Assembly (NCBI GenBank): GCA_038087875.1 | Contig: CM075990.1 | Coordinates: 7,256,001-7,320,000, forward strand | Reading direction: 5' to 3' | Length of the DNA: 64,000 nt | From: Malacoraja senta | Lineage: Eukaryota | Shown here: one piece after another, positions 1 through 10,980 of the stretch | Numbering within the stretch: position 1 is the stretch's first letter | Layout of the letters: every line of letters starts with the position of its first letter | Translations under genes and position numbers: made by a program | The notes under the pieces: model-generated | The model's input: only the letters and a program-made list of their open reading frames with translations | What the model was told of the DNA's origin: nothing | Databases searched by the model: none

Positions 1-246
1 TCCGCGCCGACCAGCGATCCCCGCACATTAACTATACCCTACACACACTATGGACAATTTTACATTTATACCAAGCCAAATAACCTACAAACTTGTACGT
101 CTTGGGAGCAAACCGAAGATCTCAGAGAAAACCCGCGCAGGTCACGGGGAGAACGTACAAACTCACTATAGACAGCTACCGTGGTTAGGATTGAACCCGA
201 GTTTCTGGCGCAGTGAGGCAGCGACTGACTCTACCGCTACGCCACC
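1..246 (-). mobile_element. tRNA-derived SINE (HE1/V-SINE-like), cut by window edge
   Basis: Reverse complement matches the family at 27493-27805: tRNA-like head with A/B-box remnants and central TTTGTACGTTCTCCCCGTGACC. Confidence 0.8.
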
Positions 247-662
247 TTGCTGTCCCCATGCTTCAAAGATGTGTACAAGCACTCAGCAAATTCCACTTGA
301 CAAGATTCCAAACAGTGGCAATGCATTCAAATAGAACATTTTCATCATTGTAACATCTTTTGAAAATCTAAATGCATTTGCTTCATTTATGTTTTCCATT
401 GTGATCAATTTCAATCATCCTTCCTGCAGCGTGTACTTTGTTATAGTTACCAGTTAATCTTGTAAAAAAAATATCCAATTTGCTTAAAATATATTTTCAG
501 TTGGCAGGTCCACTGTGAAAAGAAAGTTCAAACTGTGAAAGATTTCAAGGAGAGTGTTATTTTCCCCGTGGTGCACAGTTCCCGTACCCTGTGTGTGAGA
601 GACACTCTCCGAATCAGATTTATTTTCTAGTGTATCTGGGAAGGCACTAATGATCTAGCATT

Positions 663-1397
663 GTTTAAGAAGGAACTGCAGAGGCTGGAACAATCGAAGG
701 TAGACAAAAATGCTGGAGAAACTCAGCGGGTGAGGCAGCATCTATGGTGCGAAGGAATGGGCGATGTTTCGGGTCGAGACCCTTCTTCAGACTGATGAGG
801 GGATGGGAGGGGGGGGGGCGGGAAGAAGAAAGGAAGAGGCAGAGACAGTGGGCTGTGGGTGAGCTGGGAAGGGGAGGGGAAACAGGGAGAAAGCAAGGAC
901 GATCTGGAATTGGCGAAGTCAATGTTCATACCGCAGGGGTGTGAACCACCCAAGCAAAATATGAAGTGCTGCTCCTCCAATTTACGGTGGGACTCAATCT
1001 GGCCATGGAGGAGGCCCAGGGCAGAAAGGTCAGATTCGGAATGGGAGGGGGAGTTGAAGTGCTGAGCCACCGAGAGATCAGGTTGGTTATTGCGGACAGA
1101 GCAGGTGTTGGGCGAAACGATCACCAAGCCTACGCTTGGTCTCAACGATGTAGAGCAGCTGACACCTAGAGCAGCGGATGCAATAGATGAGGTTGGAGGA
1201 GGTGCAGGTGAACCTCTGCCGCACCTGGAAAGACTGCTTGCATCCTTGGATGGAGTCAGGGGGGGAGGTAAAGCGACAAGTGTAGCATTTCCTGCAGTTG
1301 CAAGGGAAAGTACCAGGGGCGGGCGGTGGTTTGGGTGGGAAGGGAAGAATTGACCCAGGGAGTTACGGAGGGAGCGGTCTCTGCGGAAAGCCGACAA
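663..1397 (-). mobile_element. 5'-truncated Penelope-like retroelement (Neptune-type): GIY-YIG endonuclease remnant plus 3' terminal repeat
   Basis: Minus strand 1194-1105 translates NLIYCIRCSRCQLLYIVETKRRLGDRFAQH (GIY-YIG, with YIG changed to YIV). It is preceded by PGTFPCNCRKCYTC (Cys-rich linker) and followed after a frameshift by VAQHFNSPSH...EQHFIFCLG..HPCGMN. Ends in the common terminal repeat. Confidence 0.9.
763..790 (-). ncRNA. Minimal hammerhead ribozyme motif in the PLE 3' repeat
   Basis: Minus strand CTGAAGA-A-GGGTC-TC-GACCC-GAAA-CA-TC. Core CUGAnGA/GAAA/UH with a 5-bp stem II, in sense orientation to the PLE ORF. Confidence 0.7.
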
Positions 1398-1702
1398 GAA
1401 ATAACAAGGAACTGAAGATGCTGGTTTTGTCTGAAGAAGGGTTCCGACTCAAAACATCACCTCAGTGTTCTCAAGATCATTGGTCGGTGCGGAATTGGTG
1501 GCCGAATGGTCTGTTTCCATTGCTGTATCTTTAAACTAAGTAAATTGAAGCTTTTTTTACACAATCATTCTGCAACTGTTCATCAAAGCTTTTGCTCATT
1601 TTCTACCCTAATTAACCCATCGATCAGATGACCTCCAAAGCAAATGTCCACAGCAATCCTATCCTCGCCCTATCACAGATATTCCATTTGTACTAACTAT
1701 CC

Positions 1703-2100
1703 ATGGATTGTCACCTTGTTGTGGTGGAGAAGCTTGTGTGGACCTGAGAGCGATGCCGTCTGGAGCTATGCTCCTGGTAGGGCCACCCAGAGCGGTAAGG
1801 TTGAGGGGGAGGACTCTGACAAAGAGCAATCCAACCAAGACCTCAACGGTGGAACAGGCGGAGGACGATGGCTGACCTTAGTGGAGCGTCACAACAGCTG
1901 GGAAGGCGGATGAAGGCTGCAGCAGAAAAGGGTCTCCGGTCGTCTTGGACTCCATGCCACTGGATCCTGACCCAGATCTGTCAAGGACCGTGTGGTGGCT
2001 GTCTGTGCACCAGTCTCCCCACGTTAAACAAAGTCATGCACTGGCGTCCTCCAACCATGGAGACACCCATGGCCAGCCATGACCGAAGGGGGCCTAAGAA
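1703..2100 (+). mobile_element. RTE-derived non-autonomous element (RTE/Expander-like 5' UTR)
   Basis: Starts CACCTTGTTGTGGTGGAG...GGAGCTATGCTCCTGGTAGGGCCACCCA...GACAAAGAGC, resembling RTE-clade 5' UTRs from memory. TSD TAACTATCC at 1694-1702 and 2101-2109. Confidence 0.65.
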
Positions 2101-2883
2101 TAACTATCCTGTTTTCTCTCTTTCCCAGTGGTGACAATAACTGTGTCTCTTTCCACAGATGCCGCCTGACCAACGGAGTCTTTCCAGCATTTTCTGCTTT
2201 CATTTAATGTTAGATTCATCTATGTAAATATTGAGATTGTAGTTGCAAGCCCTGGTCAACGGGTGGCGATGTGGAACAGGTTTTAGTGACGCCTCCACAA
2301 CGACCACCACTTTTAGTTTTAAGATAGATAGAAAGTGCTTGGGTAGCTCAGCGGGTCAGGCAGCATCTGTGGGGAAAAGGGATGTGACGTTTCAGGTCGG
2401 AACCCTTCTTCAGACCTGTAGGAATCACAGAGGGGGAGCAATGAGAGAGAGTCTCACAGAACTGCTGTTAGAGAAAGAAAAACATCTTCAAAGTAGGCAT
2501 ACCTGGAGGAGATTTTGCTGTGGAGCAGACAAGATGTGGAGGAGGGAACTGCAGATGCTGGTTCAGGATTCACAGAGGAATCCCTTTCCCCAGAGATGCC
2601 GCCTGACCCAGCACTTTGTGTCTATCTTCGGAATAAACCAACATCTGCAATTCCTTCCTATACCACTTTTAGTTCCATTTATGATAAACTTCCTCTTTGC
2701 AGCTTCTCTCCTGCCATTCTATTGGTATTAAAGTATCACCTTAGCATGACAGGGAACAAATAAAAATGACTGGGACCAAGTCACTCATTGTCAACATTGG
2801 GCAGGTCAGAAGTCAGAGATAGAGTTGTACGGCACAGAAACCAGCCCTTCAGCCCATCCAGTCTATCCCAATCAAGTTGACGT

Positions 2884-4316
2884 AGAAAGAGAAAACGGGG
2901 AATTACAGACCAGTTAGTCTAACATCGGTAGTGGGGAAACTGCTAGAGTCAGTTATTAAAGATGGGATAGCAGCACATTTGGAAAGTGGTGAAATCATTG
3001 GACAAAGTCAGCATGGATTTACGAAAGGTAAATCGTGTCTGACGAATCTTATAGAATTTTTCGAGGATGTAACTAGTAGAGTGGATAGGGGAGAACCAGT
3101 GGATGTGTTGTATCTGGACTTTCAGAAGGCTTTCGACAAGGTACCACATAAGAGATTAGGATACAAACTTAAATCACACGGTATTGGGGGTTCAGTATTG
3201 ATGTGGATAGAGAACTGGCTGGCAAACAGGAAGCAAAGAGTAGGAGTAAACGGGTCCTTTTCACAATGGCAGGCAGTGACTAGTGGGGTACCGCGAGGCT
3301 CAGTGCTGGGACCCCAGCTATTTACAATTTATATTAATGATCTGGACGAGGGAATTGAAAGCAACATCTCCAAGTTTGCGGATGACACTAAGCTGGGGGG
3401 CAGTGTTAGCTGTGAGGAGGATGCTAGGAGACTGCAAGGTGACTTGGATAGGCTGGGTGAGTGGGCAAATGTTTGGCAGATGCAGTATAATGTGGATAAA
3501 TGTGAGGTTATCCACTTTGGTGGCAAAAACGGGAAGGCAGACTATTATCTAAATGGTGGCCGATTAGGAAATGGGGAGGTGCAGCGAGACCTGGGTGTCA
3601 TGGTACACCAGTCATTGAAAGTAGGCATGCAGGTGCAGCAGGCAGTGAAGAAAGTGAATGGTATGTTGGCCTTCATAGCAAGAGGATTTGAGTATAGGAG
3701 CAGGGAGGTTCTACTGCAGTTGTACAGGGTCTTGGTGAGACCACACCTGGAGTATTGCGTACAGTTTTGGTCTCCAAATCTGAGGAAGGACATTATAGCC
3801 ATAGAGGGAGTGCAGAGCAGGTTCACCAGACTGATTCCTGGGATGTCAGGACTTTCATATGAAGAAAGACTGGATAGACTTGGCTTATACTCGCTAGAAT
3901 TTAGGAGATTGAGAGGGGATCTTATAGAAACGTACAAAATTCTTATGGGGTTGGACAGGCTAGATGCAGGAAGATTGTTCCCGATGTTGGGGAAGTCCAG
4001 GACAAGGGGTCACAGCTTAAGGATAAGGGGGAAATCCTTTAAGACCGAGATGAGGAAAAACTTTTTCACACAGAGAGTGGTGAATCTCTGGAACTCTCTG
4101 CCACAGAGGGTTGTTGAGGCCAGTTCATTGGCTATATTTAAGAGGGAGTTAGATGTGGCCCTTGTGGCTAAAGGGATCAGGGGGTATGGAGAGAAGGCAG
4201 GTATGGGATACTGAGTTGGATGATCAGCCATGATCATATTGAATGGCGGTGCAGGCTCGAAGGGCCGAATGGCCTACTCCTGCACCTATTTTCTATGTAT
4301 CTATGTATCTATGTAC
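2884..4316 (+). mobile_element. CR1 LINE, 5'-truncated, young
   Basis: Uninterrupted RT ORF 2931-4214, CR1 3' UTR, and (CTATGTAT)n tail. Confidence 0.95.
2931..4214 (+). CDS. CR1 ORF2 reverse transcriptase, C-terminal part (not a host gene)
   Basis: QHGF, YLDFQKAFDKV, GVPRGSVLGP, FADD and RPHLEYCVQFWSP motifs. Confidence 0.9.
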   Translation: MGKLLESVIKDGIAAHLESGEIIGQSQHGFTKGKSCLTNLIEFFEDVTSRVDRGEPVDVLYLDFQKAFDKVPHKRLGYKLKSHGIGGSVLMWIENWLANRKQRVGVNGSFSQWQAVTSGVPRGSVLGPQLFTIYINDLDEGIESNISKFADDTKLGGSVSCEEDARRLQGDLDRLGEWANVWQMQYNVDKCEVIHFGGKNGKADYYLNGGRLGNGEVQRDLGVMVHQSLKVGMQVQQAVKKVNGMLAFIARGFEYRSREVLLQLYRVLVRPHLEYCVQFWSPNLRKDIIAIEGVQSRFTRLIPGMSGLSYEERLDRLGLYSLEFRRLRGDLIETYKILMGLDRLDAGRLFPMLGKSRTRGHSLRIRGKSFKTEMRKNFFTQRVVNLWNSLPQRVVEASSLAIFKRELDVALVAKGIRGYGEKAGMGY

Positions 4317-7097
4317 GTACTGGGCTAATCCCTTTTTCCCGCATTTGGCCTCCAGCACTCTAAACCCTTCCTATCCAAATCTATCTAAATGTCTTTTATA
4401 AGTTGTAATTGTGTGTTGGGCTCTAAGAGACCTGGGCTGTAATTGACACAGTCGGTGTCTCGGTGCTTGCTATATGTCGGATGCTGAAACAAAAACAGAA
4501 AATACTGGAAACACTTAGGTCAGGCAATATCAGTGGAGAAAGAAACAGAGACACAACTCCAGTCCATGATATCTCATCAACCTGCAACATTAATCCTGTC
4601 CCCAGACAACATAGAACGGCACAGAAAAGGACACAAAGTCAGGCACCATCTCTCGGGAACATGGATAAGTGACATGTTGGGTCTCTTTTTCTTGCCATTG
4701 GCCCACATCTCCCAGAAACCCTTCCTATCAATATAGCTGTCCCAATTTTTTTTCAGTCGGAATTGTGCCGAGGCCCGAAACGTCACCTATTCGTGTTCTC
4801 CCGAGTTGCTGCCTGACCTACTGAGTTATTCCAGCACTTTGTGCCTTTTTGTGTATTAACCAGCGTCTGCAGTTCCTTGTATCAATGTAGAATAGTACAG
4901 CACAGGAACTGGTCCTTCCGAGTCCGTGCCGACGACCAACAATCACAATCCTACAGATTAGCAACAATTTACAGAAGCCAATTAACCTACAAAAAGCCCA
5001 CTGTCTGACCCTGCTGAGTTACTCCAGCACTTTGTGTCTTGTTTTGTTGTAAACCAGCATCTGCAGTTCCTAGTTTCCACACGCCCTACTGACGCCTGAG
5101 TTTCGCCATCTGTGACCTTAGTGGAGTAGTTTGAGGTAGAGGAGACCAAAGTTGTCAACTAGAAGCCGGGCAGGGGTATACGACAAAGACACTGTGGAAT
5201 ATTTATAAAACACATTTCAGAAGACCCCGTTTCATTTCTATTCCCGTGACAGCCAATCAATACTTTATTACTGAAGAGATCAATAAATGGGGATTTATTT
5301 CCCCCTTTGGCTTTACCTTTCTGCTGACGGCTGGATCTGATGCATCCGGACAAGGCGGAGGTTTCACGGGCATTGCTACTTCTGAAGACAATTGGTCTAA
5401 TGGGAGTATTCGGGGGAATGAGACATTGCATGTCTCCCGTCCTGCCAGCTTTCAGTTAGTGCAACAAGCGACGCTGTCTGACTGCCTCCGCGAGTTAATG
5501 TTTCATTAGTCTGATCATACATCTTGCAATGAGCTCTCAGCTCCCCCAGCAAGCACGTCCCATTGAAAGGTAGACAGCGCCAGAGATCAGCCAAGCAACG
5601 GCATCTGCAAGGACAGATGCATTGGCTTGTTCTAGTAATGCATTTAACAAACTGCATTCCAACCCGCCCATGTTAATGCTATTCTGTAGGTCGAGGGGGA
5701 CGGGGAGGTGAGGTGAGGTGAGGTGAGGTGGAATGGGAGAGGGAATGATGTGGAGTCTTTCCAACTTGAGGTTTCAGCGCAAGTTCCCGTCTCTTTCAAC
5801 AAGAACAGCTCATTCCACCCTGCCCGCCCGACTGTAAACGCTCTCCACAACTGCAGCCACACTTTAGCCAAGTGACACTTTATTTTTTATTTTTTTTGCA
5901 CACACGTTCAATAGCAGGGATACAAATCACCATTCGCGTCTCAGGAGCAGCAACCTGCAGCTTTGGAAAGGATGCAATGGTCAAATAATAACAAACTGGG
6001 ATGTGTTGGAAGGAACTGCAGATGCTGGTTTAAACCGAAGATAGACACAAGGAGCTGGAGTAACTCAGCGGGACAGGCGGCTTCTCGAGAGAGAGAAGGA
6101 ATGGGTGACGTTTCGGGTCGAGACCCTTCTTAAGACAATGTGATGTATTTAACTGTATCACTGAATCGTACAGCAACCTGCACAATTGTACCAATGCCCT
6201 GGGTCTCAGGTACTGCATTCTAACCCGCCCAAGGTAAATGACAAGGAACAGTCAATATTAAATTGCACGTACCTCTTCTAACCTGCTTAACCTTAGGACT
6301 CAGCATGCTTTCAGATCGCCGTCTTCAGCCTCTGCTCGCTACATCACCTTGTACCATTGCCCCATTGCAGAGCCCCCCACACCACTGAGAAACCGTGGTG
6401 CCATCCACTCTCGCGGACAGCCCAGGAATGATGTCTCGCATCCAGCTAAATAAACGCTGATGCATTATTTATCCAGCCCTGAATTAATTCTGCTCCAAAC
6501 GAACCATTAAGTACTTGAGAGATTACTGTCGATAAATCACCGGAGCGCGCATCAGGGGAGGACGGTGGATCTCTTTTCCTAATTGGCCCGTGACCAGTGT
6601 GTTATTAATATACCTTTGATATGACACTGGCAGCACTCGTTCATTGTCCTGCTAATGTAAGCTGTGACTGCGCCACAAATCGAATCAATGGGCTCTCTGC
6701 GTACTCAGTGCCGACAAGTCCAGACGGGGACACAGAGATCAGGGTGGACAAGGCTGCGTCGTGCAAGGAGGAACACTCAAATCATCCCTAGTCGTGAGAG
6801 GCGTGTGTTTTCTCATCTACTTTGTTGGATTGCAGCTGAAAGGAATACCTGTACCTCTTGCTTTAGTGGATGTGAGAAGTTGCTTTCTTTATTTTCTTGG
6901 CATATCTTGGTGTCTGGTTTCCTCCTGGAGCTACCAATATATCCACATTCAATTGGCAGCGCAAAACAAGGCCCTGCGGCACAAATGGTCCATTGTAATG
7001 TTTGTGTTGCAGTTGAGCCTCTTCCCTCCCTAGTTCATCCGGCCCAACATCACATATCTTTCTCCCCACATTACAAAAGTCCTTAGTTTTCCTAATG

Positions 7098-7417
7098 TGT
7101 AGGAAGGAACTGCAGATGCTGGTTTACACCGAAGATAGACATAAAATGCTGGAGTAACTCAGCAGGACTGGCAGCATCTAATCAGAGAAGGAATAGGTGC
7201 CGTTTCGGGTCGAGAACCTTCTTCGGTCTGAAGAAGAGTCTTGACCTGAAACTACCCATTCCTTCTCTCCATAGATGCTGCCAGTTCCACTGAGTTACTC
7301 CAACATTTTACGTCTATCTTCAGACTGAAGAAGGGTCTCGACCCGAAACATCACCCATTCCTTCTCTCCAGAAATGCTGCTTGTCCTGCCGAGTTACTCC
7401 AGCATTTTGTGTCTATC
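7098..7417. mobile_element. PLE terminal-repeat cluster: one inverted arm plus two tandem arms
   Basis: Arm about 7098-7225 is inverted relative to 7226-7320 and 7321-7417. Hammerhead core at 7325-7352. Confidence 0.8.
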
Positions 7418-7494
7418 CTTACCTTTCCTGTTGGTCTATTTACCTCAATTACTCATGTGGGTGACTTCCACATCTTCATCAGTCAAAAGGGATG

Positions 7495-7730
7495 AGGATC
7501 ATCGCATAATGACCATACCTTGGCTAAGTTGCTTCATATCGTAACCCTTCATTGGCTAAGGAGCATCGCATCCCAACCATTCACTGGGTGAGGAACACCA
7601 TACTTTAACCATTCATTGGCTGAGAAACATCGTATCCTCACCATTGATTGGCTGAAGCGCATCACATTGTAACCAATCATTGGGAAAGGGGGTCACATCG
7701 TGACCATCCACTGGGTAAGGTGTATCGTGG
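7495..7730. repeat. Decayed ~33-bp tandem repeat
   Basis: Recurring CATCGCAT...ACCATTCATTGGCTGAG-like units, about 6-7 copies. Confidence 0.6.
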
Positions 7731-8349
7731 AATCTCCAATATCCACACTTAATCTCATTCACTTGCAGTTTATCCACCAAAATGGCATGCAATAAAACGT
7801 TACATGAGCTATCTCCTCCGCACAGAAGACACGAACCATCAGTCACCTTCTGTCTGATATAAATCTGTCTGGTAGCACACACACACAAAAAGACGCAAGC
7901 TCAATTTATGTTGTTTGAATTAGACTCATTTTCAGTCTGGTGCCTGAGGTCCTGATGTAAAAGCCAAGGCCAAAAAATGTAGGGATTTGTAATTATCTTT
8001 CAATGCCCATAGCCAAAGGGCAACCATAAAATAAAGTGCAAATGGGAGATGGGAGAGAGGAACTCAAGCTTTCATTAGCAGGGATAATAAAGGCATTTCC
8101 ATGTGTTGTTGAAGTCGTTCCAAAGGAACCACACTTCTGATTTTCCAGTGCAGCAAACAATAAAATGACGGTACATTTATTTTCATAATATCTCCATGGA
8201 CTGATGTGTTATTATGTTTTGTTTCTCGGTTCTATGCATCACAATTTTGCAAGCATAAGGAGTTCCACAGATAGAATAATTACAGAGTTTTGTATAGAAA
8301 GAGAATATTTAGCCCGAGTGTTTTATACTAGTGTCAATGTCCACAACTT

Positions 8350-8815
8350 TTGTGCGTTAACCTTCATCAGTCAAGGTATTGAGTATAGAAGTTGGATCGC
8401 TAGGTTATCGTTGTAGAAGACATTAGCGAGGCCGCATTTAGAGTGTGGCGTACAGGTCACACTGCCGTAGGAAGGACATCTTTAAGCTGGAAAGTGGGCA
8501 GAGATTTATGAAGACCACGAATGTCCTTTTACCTCTCCATGTTATCCAACTCTATTGGCATACCTTGCCTTTCATCAAGCCTTTGTCAATTAGGCAATGT
8601 GCCAGGACTCAAGGGCTTGAGCTACAGGGAGAGGTTGTGCACGTTAGGACTTTATTCCTCGGAGTGCAGGTGGCTGAGGGGTGCAAACTCATGGGGGAAA
8701 CAGATAGGGTGAATGCACAGAGCCTTTTACCCAGGGTTGGAGAATCAAGAACCAGAGGACACGGGGTTAAGGTGAGAGGGGCAAGAATTAGCAGGACCCT
8801 GGGGGGCAACATTTA
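8350..8815 (+). mobile_element. Degraded CR1 fragment
   Basis: GLSYRERL..LGLYS and ESRTRGH motifs in broken frames. Confidence 0.75.
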
Positions 8816-8882
8816 CAATCTCCAAAGCAAGGAAAACCAACCCAACTCTCCTTATAATTGAGACAGTCCATCCTAGGCAACA

Positions 8883-9065
8883 CAAAATGCTGGAGTAACG
8901 CGGTGGGACAGGCAGCATCTCTGGATAGAAGGAATGAGTGACATTTTGGGTCGACCCAAAACGTCACCCATTCCTTCTATCCAGAGATGCTGCCTGCCCG
9001 CTGAGTTACTCCAGCATTTTGTGTCTATCTTCAATGTAAACCAGCATCTGCAATTCCTTCCTACA
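8883..9065. mobile_element. Palindromic PLE terminal-repeat insertion with TSD
   Basis: Fold-back centred on GGGTCGACCC (8948-8957). TSD CATCCTAGGCAACA at 8869-8882 and 9066-9079. Confidence 0.85.
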
Positions 9066-9665
9066 CATCCTAGGCAACATCCTGGTGAACTCTCTCTGGA
9101 CCCTCTCAGGGGCAATCACATATTTTCTATACCATGAGTGACCAGAACTGCATTCAATATTCCAGCTATGGCCTCAACTAACGTTTCTGAAGCTGTACCA
9201 TAACTTCCCTGTTCTTTTATTCCGTGCCCAGGCTAATGCAGGCAGCATCCTATATGCTTTCTCCACTGCGCTCTCTATTTGTCACCTTCAGGGACCTTTG
9301 GCCTTGTAAATCAAGGTTTCTTTGTTCCTCAGTACTCCCAAGGGTTTTCCAATTCATTGCACATGTCCGAACCTAATTTGTCCTCTCAAAGTGCATCCCT
9401 TCACACTTATAAGGATTAAATTCAATATGCCATTGCTCCAGCCAATTTGCCATCTGATCTTTATCTTTCTGTGGCCAGACTATAACACCACCATTTTTTG
9501 TGTCACGTGCAATTGTACTAATCAAACCTCTGATATTAATATGTTATTATGGCATATGGCAAACAGTAAGAGTCCCATTATTGATTTCTGTGGAACACCA
9601 CGGGTCATGACCAAAGCAACCATCCTCTATCACACTCTCTCTCTCATAGACTCAGGACAATTTTG

Positions 9666-10005
9666 TGGATGTGGAGAGGATGTTTCCACTATTGGAAGAG
9701 TCTAGGACTAGAGGTTATAGCCTCAGAATTGAAGGACGTTCCTTTACGAAGGGGATGAGGAGGATTTTTTTTTTGTCAGAGGGTGGTGAATCTGGGGAAT
9801 TCTTTGTTACAGAAGGCTGTGGAGACCGTCAATGGATATTTATAAGGCAGAGATAGATAGATTCTTGATTAGCACATGTGGAGAAGGCAGGAGAATGGGG
9901 ATAGGAGGGAAAGATAGATCAGTCATGATTGAATGGCGGAGTAGACTTGTTGGGCTGAATGGCCTAATTCTGTTCCTATCACTAATGACCTATGACCTTA
10001 TGACC
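9666..10005 (+). mobile_element. CR1 3' fragment
   Basis: DVERMFPLLEESRTRG motif, CR1 3' UTR, (ATGACCT)-like tail. Confidence 0.8.
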
Positions 10006-10649
10006 TGATGAACTTTCCACCCATAGAAGTCGAGAATACATCTCATCATGCCTTTATGTCTACTACTAGAACCTCTCATACCTTCGCTTATTCAATGATA
10101 GATTCTCTAGAATATCACGCTCCCCTTCCCTGAAAGCCGCAGCGACGGTGTCTTTACCCTCGGTGCATGTGGAAGAGAATTTATTTATCTAAGACCTTAC
10201 CAACTTCCTATGACTCAATGCACTGATTGCCCTTTGGGTCCTTGCTGGCTCCACTCTTTCACTGTCCACCCTCATGCTCTTTAATATAAAATGCCTTGTG
10301 AAAATCCTTAATTATTATATCTTCTCATAATCATATTTTATATATAATCTTCTTATATTTCCTTAATCTGATATTTCACAGCTCCTTTTTGCCATACTCA
10401 TTTCTTTCAAGCACTGTCCCTCCACTCTCTATGCTACAAAGGGGTCTCCCCCACTTCAGTAACACTCCTTCCAGATGCCTCATTTCCCCCTTTAACTAAA
10501 CCCTCCATGTCCCTCAACATCCAGGGTTCCATGGACTTGCCAATCTTGCTTTGCATCCTGACATTGAACTCTGCTTCATTCAGGAGAGGATGTGAGATGA
10601 ATGTGGATCAAGAAGTAACAAAGTGCATATGATGAATGAAAAGGCTGGC

Positions 10650-10980
10650 ACACACCATCCTGGCCACACACTCATCTCCCCGCTGCCTTCAGATAGAAGG
10701 TACAGGAGCCTGAAATCTGCAACAACCAGGTTCAGGAACAGCTTCTTCACCTCAGCCATCAGACTACTAAACTCAACTCAAACAAAAATCTGAACTTTAA
10801 TAGCCTATTGCACTTTATATGCTTATCAGTGTGTGTATATATATATTCAATGGTAATATGGACACACTGATCTGTTCTGTATTTATTTATGCCTACAATA
10901 TTCTGTGCTGAAGCAAAGCAAGAATTTTATTGTCCTATCTGGGACACATGACAATAAACTCTCTTGAACTCTTGAACTCT
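10650..10980 (+). mobile_element. Rex1/Babar-like LINE 3' fragment
   Basis: LPSDRRYRS..TTRFRNSFF-like coding remnant, AATAAA and (CTTGAACT) tail. Confidence 0.65.

Noticed and set aside
723..1397. 224-aa ORF as an intact protein
   Set aside because: Only parts are in the PLE frame. The GIY-YIG core lies in another frame, so the element is frameshifted.
6594..6630. miR-199/miR-200-like microRNA
   Set aside because: Only a short CCAGTGT/ACACTG resemblance. The hairpin is too short and does not match the mature sequences as I recall them.
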